Below, one piece after another: positions 1 through 13,129 of a stretch of DNA of 64,000 bases. The first letter of the stretch is position 1. Each line of letters opens with the position of its first letter. The stretch comes from Hemiscyllium ocellatum (taxonomy: Eukaryota). The stretch spans positions 62,001-126,000 of the forward strand of contig NW_026867451.1 in NCBI RefSeq assembly GCF_020745735.1, in the 5' to 3' direction. The notes beneath the pieces were generated by a model, which made no database searches, was not told the DNA's origin, and worked only from the letters and a program-made list of their open reading frames with translations. Made by a program: the position numbers and the translations under genes.

Positions 1-90
1 CAGACTCCAATCAGCCATGATGGTGATGAATGGCAGAGCAGGCTGGAAGGATTGCATGGCCTCCTCCTGCTCCAATTTTCCACGTTTCTA
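1..90 (+). mobile_element. CR1 LINE 3' terminus
   Basis: ATCAGCCATGAT...GAATGGC.GAGCAGGCT.GAAGG...TGGCCT.CTCCTGCTCC matches the CR1 3' ends seen elsewhere in the window. Confidence 0.6.
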
Positions 91-1384
91 AACCGGCTTC
101 AATACCCAAGAAAACTGAAGATGCAGAATTATAAGCCTTCAGCAGATGATTTAGGTAAATAGGTTACACATTCGAGTTTTTAGTCAGCATATAAAGTTAG
201 TCCATTTGATCGCCCAGTATTGTTGCTTGAGGCTGAGATTACAGTTCATTAGAAGCTTTCCCACCACTAAGATGAATCTGGTTGCGGGATTTATCTAGAT
301 AATTTTGAATAAAAGTATTTTAAATGTTGTGATTCTCCTGTCTCTGATTCCATGCCTCTATTTGAACAGGATTAGATTGTTGTGGATATTACCACTGCAG
401 CTTCAATGTTACTTTTCTCTGTATCCTTAGGTGTCTCCAATTCAGTTGTTATCAGTTGCCAACACTCACTGACAATCAGCCTTTCTAATTGAAGCAGAAA
501 TTGCTGGAGAAGCCCAATAGGTCACAGGACTCCAAAACATTAACTCTGCTTTCCTGCCACAGATGCTGCCAGACTTGCTGAGATTCTCCAGCATTTCATT
601 ATTGTTTCAGATTTCCAGCATCTGCAATTTTGTTTTATTTTAGCCTTTCTAAAATTCTGTCAAACTTCATCTCATCCAAGTCTCAACTACATTTTTTTCA
701 CCATGAACTGGACACCAACTTCCTCTTCATAATACTTCAGCAAGGCCCCTGCCCCTGTGAAGTTTAAAAAGGGCATTTATGATAATTGGCTCCACTCATT
801 CTTTTGCTACCCTTTCACGGTTTATGACTAAGGATGACTTTGGATTCCCTTTTAAAGTTAGCTGCCTTACTCTTTATTTCCCCTCTGAACTGTCTATATT
901 TCACACGGTTCTCACTGGGGTTAAAAATAAAACATATCCTTTGCAACATCATGCAGGGGATTAGAGTATTATTTTTGCCAACATTTCCTGCTTATGGAAA
1001 TGTTAAGCTGTACTGTACAGCTGTAGCTGAACATTGCCCAGATTTGTGCTTTAATGCCCTTTCTTAAATGCCCTCTTGCCCCATTGAAATCAGCCCTCCT
1101 CCAACTCAGAATTATTCTGGTTTGTTCCTTGTTCATTTAATACACAAGCTAAAATCTTTTGATACAACGATCGATGCTTTCTTAAATGACCCCAGTCTAA
1201 TATTTAATGCATTTTATACATATTGTGTGTATGCACACAGATTCTGAAGTTGGCAGTGCAAATTGAAGATATCATTAGGATTCTGAACATTATAAATAGG
1301 ACCATTGCATGCAAAATAAGGAAATTATGACAAATGGTTCCAAACAGCCCAGCCTTTCCCTTATGTCTAGTATTTATACAGCAA

Positions 1385-1910
1385 GCTTCAGGAAGGGATT
1401 TGAGAAGGTGCACAAAAGGTACACAAAAATGGTACCAGAGATGAGCAACTGGACAACTATGTGGATAGTTTGGAGAAGCTCGGGCTGCTCTTTATGGAGA
1501 ACAGAAGATGAAGAAGACATTTTACACGTGTTCAAAATCATGAGGGATTTCAATAGAGTAGCGTAAAAGGGTAGGAGAATGCATTTGGATTGGTTACTGT
1601 TTGGATGGTTGGTGTGGACTTGTTGGGCCAAGTGGCCTGTCTCCATTCTGTATGGATTCTATTTAAAAAAGGCTTGAGAAGAAAAGGACACTGATTTAAA
1701 ATCATCAGCAAAATAAAACAACGGTTACAAGGAATCCTTTCTTTAAAACCAGCATAGTTCGGAAACTGGAATGTTCTGCCTGATAGTTTAGTGGTGGAGG
1801 CAGCTTCAACTGAGGTCTTCAAAAGGAATCTACAATTTTCATAAGGAGAGGTTTTGCAGTATCACATGGTAAAAGGACTTGGGAGTGAACATAGGCAAGT
1901 TCCTCTTTGA
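1385..1910 (+). mobile_element. CR1 LINE ORF2 C-terminus and 3' UTR fragments
   Basis: FEKVHKRYTKMVP...SLEKLGLL and VFKIMRDFNRV remnants. Confidence 0.6.
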
Positions 1911-4900
1911 AAGCTGATCAAATCATTGCCTCCGAGTTGTTACCATTGATCGTTGTATAACATTGCACAAACTACCAGCTCACCAGTTATTTCCTAATGG
2001 TTTGTCATATCCTGATATAATGACTAACTTAGTCATGCATGCAACTAAGCTTACTTTGCAATCACTTCACTTTATCCAGGAGAACCTGCATTCCCATTTT
2101 CCTCACTGTTTGCACTGACAATGTTTCCAGAACTGCAATTCATCAAGGAGCACAAATTAAGTCATTTAACATCAGTAAACTTATTCAGAATTAAGTCCAA
2201 ATCAATTTAACAAAAAAAATCGCAGACTTGAGATTCAATATTCCAAGCCTGGTCGACTAGTTTTCTTCAGTTAGTCAATGACTGCAATTTTAATAAATTG
2301 CATTATTTTGCCATAGTGATAATAAAAGAACAGAGATATCCATGCAAAGTCAGAATCAGGTGGAACAGACCTTTAGCTGATAGTTGCTCTGTTCAAAAAT
2401 AGAGATTATAGACAGGAAAGGTCCTTTCAGTGTAAGTCTAATGAGTTGCTGCAGTTCATTCTGTAGAGTGTAAGTGCTAGGTAGCCCAACATCGTAGCTC
2501 AGTGATGGTGAAGGGAGTGGAAATTAGGTACGTTAGTTCTTTTGCCAGTCAACCAAACTGCTCTCTCTTTGATCATATTGAGCTTCTTGACCATTGTTGC
2601 AATTAAACAAATCACCAGGTGAGCAGTGAGGATTCCAATGCTCTCGATTTTAGCTTTGTAATGGTGAAGTTAATGAGGGGGTAATGACAAAGCAGTATAC
2701 CTTGTATCTCAGTCTTGGAATCTTGCTAATGTAACTAGTTATTGCTGCATTCACCACCCATCCCCCTGGAGTGTATTGATAATGCTGTCCTATGATCTAA
2801 AAAATGTTGCTGGGACTTTATTTGTTTTCAAAATGCATCGTGAACCATCTTGTTCGTGTTGGTATGGGGTTCTTTAGACTTCCACAGGATGACTATAGTA
2901 CTCCACAATGAGGGAATGCAGGGGTTGGGGTATGGAAGAGACAGAACAGAGTGAAATGAAGAGAAAACCGTTTATTTTGTAAGTCACCATTGTTTATAGA
3001 CATTTCTGGGTTATGCAATACCTTCATACTGAAAGTCAAGCAAAATTCAAACGACCATTGAAAAACTTTGGATGTTTTATGCTGATTCAAGATTGGTCTC
3101 TCAAAATAAGCCTAGCATTTCTGAACCAGTCAAGCAGTTGTTTTCTGTGATTGTTCTCATCTGTGTTTGTGTTCACCACGCTGCCATGGGATGCCTTCGT
3201 GAGGCAATCCTGACATAATCTTACAACAACTGCCAGCACTTCCCTTTCTCATTATTGGATCCCTACCATAGCAGATTTAATCTGATATTAGACCAAACTT
3301 ACTTGCCAATTTGTTCCCTTTAGTTTTGACAAATTTAGGTTTCCACCTAATTCACAGTGTGAGGTGTCGACATTTTTGCAGCTGCAACTGGTCATAAAGT
3401 ACCAGTTAAATAATTTTAAATATGTGTATGATCACGAAGTTAATGTTTGGCACTGCTTATCAACATCGAGAGTTTTGGCTGTGAGGGCAGGAGCTGGTGG
3501 GTGGAAAATAAAGAGGTCAAATAAAGACTTGTCTGCACTGGGACAGAGGGGAAACATCACAAATGCAAGGATTCAAGTTTAACTTCCTTATCCCGGAAAA
3601 AAGAAACTCAAGGTCTTTCTACACTATTGCTAATTTAACCCTTACAAGCACAATTTGTAACTCAATGTTTGATTCAGAGTCCGAATACAGTAATTTCGCA
3701 TTATTCAAATTCATTGAAGGTTCATGTCATATTAGTCAGTATTGGCTGTTTTGTTGAAAAGAGAATTTTATTCCTTTTCCTTTCCTGTTCTTTCATCCGT
3801 TCGGAGTTTATGAAAGATTTGACCATAATAAGCCCGGGAGTAATTACAGGACTCTGACCCAGAGCAGTGAAATGACCTCAGTATTTAGGCTTCTATTAGT
3901 TGATGACATCAGTGAAACAGTATGGATGTGATGCTGCCTGTATTGGATTCACCATGAAAGTACTTTATAAGCTTGATTCAAACAAATAACTATTACTAGG
4001 GAAAGTGCCTGACTCCTTGGATACACATGGCCTCTGCCCAAATTAAATTATAAAAAGTGCGAAGCATACCATGGAGACACTGTATGGGAGATAAATCAAG
4101 GTGAGGAGACCAGGAGCTGGTCCCAATCCATCGCCATATTTCTTCAAATATGTAGCCATATTTCATCAAATGTCACCAAACTTTGGAGACCATGGCAATG
4201 ATTTTGGAGCTAGTGTGGAATGGGGAGTGGGGGAGTGAAGATGAGCAGGAAAGAGAAATAAAGCCAAGCGGTGAGGTGGGGTGAAGGAGAGGAACCCAAT
4301 TCTTCAGTATTTTCACTATAGCTCCAATGGCCAGAAACACAACCCCAATATTGATAAGCAAGCAATTTCCCATCTCAGCATTTAGGGTGATGGTACTACT
4401 GTTTAAGAAAACTCTGCCACTTAATATTAAATTCCTTGGGAGGCAGTCTCGCAGACTCTTGAATGTAGTTGCTGTTGTTTGAACTGGCATTTGTCGCATC
4501 GCACAAAACATTTGAAGGAATCAATGGTTCTCCAACATTCCCTTTCACATTGTTGTATTCCAAATGAAGCACAATTAAACCACATCAAAATCAGATCAAA
4601 TCAAACTTGTTTCTCATGTCTGGCAAACTTTGATTCCCATCCTCCTGACAATCTGGTCTGTCAAAATGTCCCCAGCCACAAGTCATTGTGAAGCACAAAT
4701 TAAACAAAGGACTTACATCTATAAATGACTTGCAAACATTTGAAATTAAACCCTGAAGATCAAACAGCTCTATTGAGCTGATACAGCATTTTTTTAAAAA
4801 AGAGGAATCACTGTTATTACCAGGAATAATGCAAATATTGGGCGGGGCTGTGGTCTGGAATGGTGGTGTTTGCTCTAGCACTGGGAGATGTTGTCAAGAG

Positions 4901-5559
4901 GAAGTTCCTCCAGAAATCTTACAGAAATTCCTGCTCTTTAGAAACACCTTTTCACATGACATTCTGTTAAAAAAGGCCACTTTCAAAAGCTATGACTGCA
5001 ATATATGTTGGCTTTTTTCAACTTTCACAGAGGTTTGCAGCACACCATGGCCTGTTCTTTTTGAAGAGATGGGGGTGAGGGGAGGTGGCCAATGTAATAG
5101 TATTGGGAAGCAGAGACTTAGATCGTCAATGTGTTGTCAATATGTTTAGCCTCATTGCACAGTCCAGTGCTTGGAAGTCAACAACTGAAGGCCTGAACAT
5201 TGAAGGGCTGGAAATGATTATTGAAAGACTTTGTGTTAATGCATGTCCAATTATTCGCTGGCTTTTAATTGGGGGGTGGTAGAATTTGGAAAATGGCAGG
5301 TAGGGAGTCTGGCACCTTTTCATTGCTAAGCCATGCTGACATAGACTATTTCTCTTTGACATCTTGACTCTCCATGATCTCTCAGGCCTGCCTCCCTCAT
5401 TTCCCTGATTGTGCCCACCTTTGCAGCCTTAGCAATGAACAGTATGAATAGTAGGGCTCAGAAATGTGCTGACCTGTCCTCCCTCTTACTGGAGTAACAG
5501 CTCTTGAAACTAAGCTGCACTGTCAACTGATGAGTAACCCTGGCAAGAATCTCTTCATT

Positions 5560-5652
5560 TTAGATTAGAATGGAGTTGGAAAAGCACAGCAGGTCAGGCA
5601 GCATCTGAGGAGCAGGAAAATCGCCGTTTCGGGGAAAAGCCCTTCATCAATG
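5560..5652 (-). mobile_element. Short Penelope terminal-repeat insertion with 15-bp TSD
   Basis: TSD AAGAATCTCTTCATT at 5545-5559 and 5653-5667; same family as 8773-8999. Confidence 0.8.
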
Positions 5653-6244
5653 AAGAATCTCTTCATTGGTCATTGCTGGCAATATACCATCCTTAGCATA
5701 TGCCAAAACCTCCAGGTTTCAGTCCCAGCATCAGGTCTGCAGCATTCACTGCAAGCTTCCACATAAAATGTCTTTTTACACGACTAACAATAGAGCAAAG
5801 ATTATATGCCAGTCAATAATTTCTTTAATGTAAAATAACAAACTGTGGAAGTTGACAATCTGAAAGATATACAGAAGTTGCTGGAGAAACTCAACATATT
5901 TTGCATATATTCTGTCCAACCTGTGGAGAGAAAGCAGAGTTCACCTTGAGTCAAGTGATGCTTCTTCAGAGAGGTCTGAAGTTCTGAACAGGAGTCATTC
6001 AACTAAAAACATTAACTCTGCTTTCACTCCACAGACACAGCCAGACCTGCTAGCTGTTAGTAGACAGTCACACATTGTAAACAGCTTACTTTTCAATGAC
6101 CTTCTTAGTTTCTGGAGAACCAGAATCCCAGCTCCCTTGCACTTTCAGCAGTTGTTGTTTTCGGAGCTGCAAATGGTCATCAAGTGCCATTAAGTCAATT
6201 TAAGCAAACATTTATGTTAAGAATAAAAGCATTTTTAGAAACTT

Positions 6245-6443
6245 AGAACATAGAAAAGAACATAGAACAATACAGCACAGAACAGGCCCTTCGGCCCACG
6301 ATGTTGTGCCGAACATTTGTCCTAGCTTCAGCACCTATCCATGTACCTATCCAATTGCCGCTTAAAGTCACCAATGATTCTGACTCTGCCACTCCCACAG
6401 GCAGCGCATTCCATGCCCCCACCACTCTCTGGGTAAAGAAACT
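6245..6443 (-). mobile_element. CR1 LINE 3' end, cut by the gap
   Basis: (ATAGAAC)n terminal microsatellite followed by ACAGGCCCTTCGGCCC. Confidence 0.75.
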
Positions 6444-6943
6444 NNNNNNNNNNNNNNNNNNNNNNNNNNNNNNNNNNNNNNNNNNNNNNNNNNNNNNNNN
6501 NNNNNNNNNNNNNNNNNNNNNNNNNNNNNNNNNNNNNNNNNNNNNNNNNNNNNNNNNNNNNNNNNNNNNNNNNNNNNNNNNNNNNNNNNNNNNNNNNNNN
6601 NNNNNNNNNNNNNNNNNNNNNNNNNNNNNNNNNNNNNNNNNNNNNNNNNNNNNNNNNNNNNNNNNNNNNNNNNNNNNNNNNNNNNNNNNNNNNNNNNNNN
6701 NNNNNNNNNNNNNNNNNNNNNNNNNNNNNNNNNNNNNNNNNNNNNNNNNNNNNNNNNNNNNNNNNNNNNNNNNNNNNNNNNNNNNNNNNNNNNNNNNNNN
6801 NNNNNNNNNNNNNNNNNNNNNNNNNNNNNNNNNNNNNNNNNNNNNNNNNNNNNNNNNNNNNNNNNNNNNNNNNNNNNNNNNNNNNNNNNNNNNNNNNNNN
6901 NNNNNNNNNNNNNNNNNNNNNNNNNNNNNNNNNNNNNNNNNNN
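6444..6943. other. Assembly gap (500 N)
   Basis: Run of N of round length. Confidence 0.99.
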
Positions 6944-7004
6944 TGTTCGGCTAATTATGGTTGATCTTTCTTAAGAAGCTTTATTACAACCAAATGGCTT
7001 CTCA

Positions 7005-7224
7005 GTCGAGACTGTAGTGCTGGAAAAGTACAGCAGGTCAGGCAGCATCCGAGGAGCAGGAGAATCGACGTTTTGGGCATAAAGCCTTTATTAAGATACC
7101 TGATGTAGTTGTTATGCCTGGGACGTTGATTCTCCTGCCCCTTGGATGCTGCCTGACCTGCTGTGCTTTTCCAGCACTACATTCTCAACTCAGATCTCCA
7201 GCACCTGCAGTCCTCACTTTCTCC
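7005..7224. mobile_element. Palindromic Penelope terminal-repeat element
   Basis: Inverted arms of the GCTGGAAAAG.ACAGCAGGTCAGGCAGCATC family. Confidence 0.8.
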
Positions 7225-7874
7225 TGATGGGTTTCTTAGTCAGGTTCGGCACAGGAAAGGAACCATCGCCTTTTTGTTGAACAGGTAGGGAAGGCCAGGT
7301 AGGAAGGTCGCACATCCTCCTCTGAAGGACAATACCGAACCATGTAACATGCTTCAAAACTTTGGTAGGTCTGTGATTATCATTCATTACTTCAGCAGTT
7401 TCATTTCATACTCTTTCATTAATTGAAGCTACTATGGTATAGTTTGATTCTGGAACTTTACTCCAAACCTTTTGATTGCTTATTACATGCTCATAATGCC
7501 TCCTTAACCACTTTCTCAAACTGTCATGTTAGCCTCAATGATTTTTTTATTGACTCATGGAACACGGTGGTTGCTTTTAGTTGTCGGTAGGTGTCCTTCA
7601 GAAGATGGCAGAAAGCTGCCTTTCTGAAATAACATCTTCCAAAATGACCTGAGGAAGGGAATTCCAGATTTTGACCCAGTTACAGTGAAAGATCGATGAT
7701 ATATTTCCATGTCAGGATGCTGAGTAGTTTAGAGAGGAGCTTACAGTGGTGCTGCTCCCATGTATCTGCTGTTCTTATCCATCGAGATGCAAGTGGTAGT
7801 GGGAAGGTACTGTGTAAGGAAGTGGCTAAGTTACTGCAGTGCAGTATTTTAGATAGTGCATACGGCTGGTATGC

Positions 7875-7966
7875 CTGAAGAAGGGCTTATGCCCGAAACA
7901 TCGATTCTCCTGCTCCTTGGATGCTGCCTGACCTGCTGCGCTTTTCTAGCAACACATTTTTCAGCA
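7875..7966 (+). mobile_element. Penelope terminal-repeat half element inside a LINE
   Basis: CCTGAAGAAGGGCTTATGCCCGAAAC...GATGCTGCCTGACCTGCTG, same family. Confidence 0.75.
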
Positions 7967-8772
7967 TATGGCAGGTACTAAGCATCAGATTTGGAGGCAA
8001 TGGACGCTTGTGGATGTGCTGCTGATCAAGTGGGATGCTTTGTCCTGGACAATGCCTAGCTTCTTGAGTGCAGTTGAAGGTGCTCCTGTCCAGTCAAAGG
8101 GCGAGCTGTGCTATTACCCTCCTGACTTCTGTCTCTTAGACAGTCAGTTGGCTTTGCAAGTCAGGAGGGTGAGTTACTCGCTGCAGTATTCCTAGCCTCT
8201 GGCCTGCTCTTACAACCATTGTATTTATATGGAGTGTCCAGCTCAATTTCTAATGAACAATAAAACCCAGGATGTAACACTATTGAATGTCAAGGGGTTT
8301 TGGTTAGATTGTCTCTTATTGTCAATGGTCATTGTCTCGCAGGTTTGTGGTGTGAATGCTATTTGCCACTTGTCAGCTCAAGGCTGGAAATTGTCCAGAT
8401 TTTGTTGCGTTTGAATGTGGACTGAGCAGTCCCAAAAAAAGTGCTAGATCAATGCAGATTTCACTTCTGACATTCTGAGGGAGGGAAAGGCATTGCTGAA
8501 GCAGCTGAACATGATTGGGCCAAGGACACTTTCTTTAGGAACTCCAACAGAGATTTGCTTTGGCTGAGACGACTGCCCTCTAACAAGCAGAGCCACCTTC
8601 CAATGTGTGAGGTCTGACTGCAGGCAGCAGGGAGGTTGTCACCTGATACCCATTGAATCCAGTTTTGCTAGGACTCCATAATATCACACTCTGTCGAATG
8701 TGACCTTAATGTGAAGGGCTGTCACTCTTCCCTCATTTCTGGAATTCAGTTCTTTGTCCATGTTTAAATCAA

Positions 8773-8999
8773 CTAGGAGAAAGTGAGGACCGCAGATGCT
8801 GGAGATCAGAGCTTAAAAATGTGTTGCTGGAAAAGCGCAGCAGGTCAGGCAGCATCAAAGGAGCAGGAGAATCGGCGTTTCGGGCATAAGCCCTTCTTCA
8901 GGAATCAGGCTTCAGAAGGGCTTATGCCCAAAACGTCGATTCTCCTGCTCCTTTGATGCTGCCTGACCTGCTGCGCTTTTCCAGCAACACATTTTTAAG
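8773..8999. mobile_element. Palindromic Penelope terminal-repeat insertion with 15-bp TSD
   Basis: Arms at about 8810-8896 and 8915-9000 are reverse complements; TSD CCATGTTTAAATCAA at 8758-8772 and 9000-9014. Confidence 0.88.
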
Positions 9000-9879
9000 C
9001 CATGTTTAAATCAAGTCTGTAATTCAGTCATGAGCTGAGTAGGCCTTGCGCAACCCACATTTTATGTCACTGAGCAGGTTATTACTGAGCTAGTGCTGCT
9101 TGATAGCACTGTTGAAAGCACCTTCCTACACCTAACTCATGATTGAGCATGGACTGATGGAGCAGTAATTCGCCAGGGTGGTTTGACCTATTTTCTGTGC
9201 ACAGGACATGCCTGGCCTATTTTCCACATTGTCCATGCCAGTATTGTAGCTGTACTGGGAGTGCTTGGCTAGCACAAGTCAGCAGTATTATTGCCAGAAT
9301 TTTGTCAGGCTCCATAGCATTTGCAGTAACCAGTGCCCCCCGCCCAACAGTGCCTTCATTTCACATGGAGAGAAGCGAATTCCCTGAAGACAGGTATCTG
9401 TGATATTGGTGATCTATAGAAGATGCCGAGATGGATCAGACAATTGGCACTTCTGGCTGACGATTGCTGTGAATGCTTCAACCTTAACTTTTGCGCTGAT
9501 GTGTTGTGCTCTCCAAAGCAGAGCAAGGGGATATCTGTGGAGCTTATTCCTTCAATGAGTTGTTTAATTATCAACTTTAGTTCATGACTTGATGTGGCAG
9601 CACTGCAGGCTCAGACCCCAGTTTCCCAAAGTAATGGTCTAGCCACAATATCTCCAGACTATAACTCCAACCCACACTCCATGATGTGGATATGCACAAC
9701 AGAAGATCGCTTATCCTTTGTATTTGTAGATTCCAACAATGCATCGTATATTCACTTCATTTGTTAGTCTTGAAAATGCTTTACTTCACAGACTTTAGGA
9801 TATAATGTTCTGTTTTCAATTCTTCTCTCCAACAGGCAAGGTCATCGATGTCACACTAGCTTTCCTCCTCATTAATTGC

Positions 9880-10265
9880 AAAACCAAACGTTTTTCACCT
9901 CATCTTTGAACTTACTGATCAAAATTGCTACATTCTTGACTAGATCGTTCATATACGCTGCAAACAGCAAAGGATCCAGCACCAAGTCGTATAGTAAGCC
10001 ACTGGACACAAGATGTCTTCACAATGACTACCTTCGACCATTACCTTCTGCCAACAAATAAACCTTCGATGCATTTGCCAAACTGCACCAGATCCCATGA
10101 ACCCTTAGTATATTGAAGATGCAAGACCTGGTCAAAAACCTGATTGAAGTCAAGAAGCATTACATCCACTTTTTACACCCGATGGCACATCTCATTGCCT
10201 CTGCGGAAAACAGAATCAACCACTTCCGATATGATCTCACTTCCACCAAAGCCCTGCTGAATTTT
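9880..10265 (-). mobile_element. Decayed CR1 RT fragment
   Basis: Minus-strand QQGF...VDVMLLDFNQVFDQV and VLDPLLFAAYMNDL...ISKFKDE. Confidence 0.7.
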
Positions 10266-11471
10266 ATTGCTTAAATGTTACAATTCCAACTTTTAATGAA
10301 TGCTGTCTCTTAGATTTATTTATTACCTTCCCTCAAGCTTTCTACTTTTAAACATAGGTTTATGAGCGAAACTACATATTGTCATTTCGCTCCTTTCACC
10401 CGATGATATCTCTTCTTATCTCTCTGACAGATAATTTACTCGAGCTGAAATAATCTTGTGTCTCTTCTGCTTCATTCTGGAAAATGGGAATGGAATTGAA
10501 TACAATGTTGAGACCAACAGCAAACTGTCCGTTTGTTCTTGACACTGTCAGTGTGTGTTCACCCTCAGAGGTAGGAAGACTGTTTGTGCTGATAATACGG
10601 AAAGTAGCGCCTGATGTATCATTCTCAGCTGGCGCGCAACTTCCTGTTTCTATGTGCCAGCAGCAAGCCACACATCTCACTTCTGATCAGAAAATAAACC
10701 CAGGGGATACAATCTGGCAGAAACATCTGCCAATGTGGCCTAGATCAGGACACAGAGTGTGAAGTGATCACATTGAAGTGACATTTGCAAATCGACCTTT
10801 CGATCTCTATTTCACGGTCTGATTCCAGGACGTCGTTGGACGAGTCTCTCGACGATCTAACAAGCTCATTCGATTCACTAACGTCTGGAACACATTGACA
10901 TGCACCTTTCCATGTCTTTGATCTTGTACTACTTGTTACTCTCTCTTCAGATTTAATGTTCCCAGCTTTTGATTCTGTCTTCTGTATCCATCACCTTCCC
11001 ACCCAAATACATTCTGTTTGATCTATTTCCTAAATTTTGATCAACTAAACAAATAATACAGTTTAGTACAGACAGGTATGTTGGTGTGTCCGATTAACAG
11101 AATCAATATATGGAGAGATCATATTGGCTGTATCTAAATCTGACCAACATTGAATTCAAATAAACCACCGCACTGTGTGGTTTCAAACCTTGCAAATCTT
11201 CTCTCTTTGATAGAGCTTGTTCTAACAGTTAATTCTTGTCTTGATTATTTCAGAAACTATAACTAAAAATTCCTATTTTTAACCAAGTTTCAAATATTAT
11301 TACAAGTTGCAGCACTGGCATTTCCTACAGTGAGCGTTGTGGTGTTTAAATGTTCTGGTCAAAATTTGCTTCAAGCAGAAGACTGAACCATTGGTTTCTC
11401 TGAGTTCCCAGCCACTGCCCTTGCAGTTCCATAATAACTGCAAGCTATTGATAAGCCCCAGAATGAACAGA

Positions 11472-12595
11472 ATGTCCAGGCCCTGTACACATCCAAACGC
11501 CATGATGGAGGCCTCGAAGCCCTCCGTTTCTTCCTGTCATGCCAACCCAAGCAGTACATGCTCAACCTCAACTACATTTCCTTTCAATCCTCCCACTTCC
11601 TCCAAACCAAAGGGGTAGCCATGGACCCCAGCTATGCCTGCCTCTTCGTCAGATATGTGGAACAGTCAATCTTCCACAGCTACACCGGTATCATTGCCCA
11701 CCTTTACCACCGCTACATTGATGACTGTATCAATGCCACCTCATGCAACCACTAGGAGGTTGAACAGTTCATTAACTTTACTAAAACCTTCCACCCTGAC
11801 CTAAACTTTACAGGGACCATCTCGGACACCTCCCTCCCTTTCCTAGACCTCTCCATCTCTATCTCCAGTGACCAACTAAACATTTACTACAAGCCCACTG
11901 ACTCCCACAGCTACCTGGACTACACCTCCTCCCACCCGACCTCAGGTAAAAATGCCATCCTTTATTCTCAATTCCTCTGCCTCCACCGCATCTGCTCCCA
12001 GGAGGTCCAGTTCCACCATAAAACATCCCAGATCCTTTATCAAAGAATGCAATTTCCCCTCCCACGTGGTCGATGATGCCCTTGAACCCCATCCCTCCAA
12101 TCGCAACAGGGAGCCCTCCTGGTCCTCATCTTCCACCGCACCAACCTTGCATACATCATATCATCCTCTGCTGCTTCCACCACTGTAAACAGACCCCATC
12201 ACTCGGGGTATATTTCCCTCCCTACACCTATCTGCATTCCGGAGACACCATTCCCTCCACGACTCCCTCGTCAGGTCCATGCCCCCCACCAGCCCACTCC
12301 CCACCCCTGTCACCTTCCCCTGTCACCACAGGAAGTGCAAAACCTGCGCCCACACCTCCCCCCTCACCTCCGACAAGGCCCCAAATGATCCTTCCACATC
12401 CCACAGAAACTTATCTATACTTCCACAAATGTCATCCACTGTGTCTGTTCCACCCGATGTGGTCTCCTCTGCATCAGGGAGACAGGACACTAACTTGCAG
12501 ATCATTTAAGAGAACATCTCTGGGACACCCGTGCCAACCAACCCCACGGCCCTGTGGCTGAACACTTTAACTCCCCCTCCCACTCCACCAAGAAC
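11472..12595 (+). mobile_element. Penelope-like retroelement fragment (RT C-terminal part plus GIY-YIG endonuclease), decayed
   Basis: Frameshifted translation gives QALYTS, FLQTKGVAM, YACLFV.YVEQ, RYIDDC, LPFLDL, YKPTDSHSYLDYTSSHP, CKTC and EHLWDT..NQP..PVAEHFNSPSH, typical of Penelope RT and GIY-YIG domains. Confidence 0.88.
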
Positions 12596-13129
12596 AGCCG
12601 GTCATATTCCTGTTCAATTCCAATGAATAAATACAAAATAACGAGTCTGAATTTGGGATGATATTAATAGGATTTATTTCAATCTAAGCATGAACAGATT
12701 ATTTTGACTTAACAGGTGGAGAGATTCACTTCCTGAAAAAGCAGCTCAAGTGATATAAGCTGGCACCAAACCGAGTTGGTCAATACTGAGGCAAAAGTAC
12801 AGCATCCAGTCTTGAGTGAAATAAATAAAGAAACTATCTTAACCCCGGAACAAGATAGAGTGTATTAAATATGAACAAAGACTCGAGTATTTTAGGATAT
12901 AATAGAAAAGTAATTTATAGTATATTGAAATGCAAACAGAGATGTGAAGCCTCTACATTCTTCCTAGCTAAATTAATCATTTCAGAAATTTGTTAATTTT
13001 CATGTGTCACTCGTCGGTCCATTCCACGAACCTTGCGAGGTCCTTGTTAAATTCTGAACCATCAGGCGATGGTTCTCAGTGGTTGCGAGTTTCATGTTAC
13101 AGCAAATTGTGATGTTGTCCACTGTATGC

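Larger units (their letters stand above)
7560..9600 (-). mobile_element. Decayed LINE (CR1/L2 group) RT region, interrupted by Penelope insertions
   Basis: Minus-strand ISVGVPKESVLGPIMFSCFSNA corresponds to the GVPQGSVLGP..F..FINDL RT motif. Confidence 0.65.

Noticed and set aside
6301-6954. Long ORF in the ORF track
   Set aside because: It runs through 500 N; the real part is antisense CR1 3' UTR.
8773-8999. Hairpin repeats as CRISPR-like arrays or miRNA precursors
   Set aside because: They are dispersed, TSD-flanked and identical to the terminal repeat of the Penelope element at 44169-44853; there is no repeat-spacer array and this is vertebrate DNA.
11171-11177. CACTGTG as a possible orphan RSS
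   Set aside because: No nonamer at 12 or 23 spacing in either orientation, and no adjacent Ig segment.
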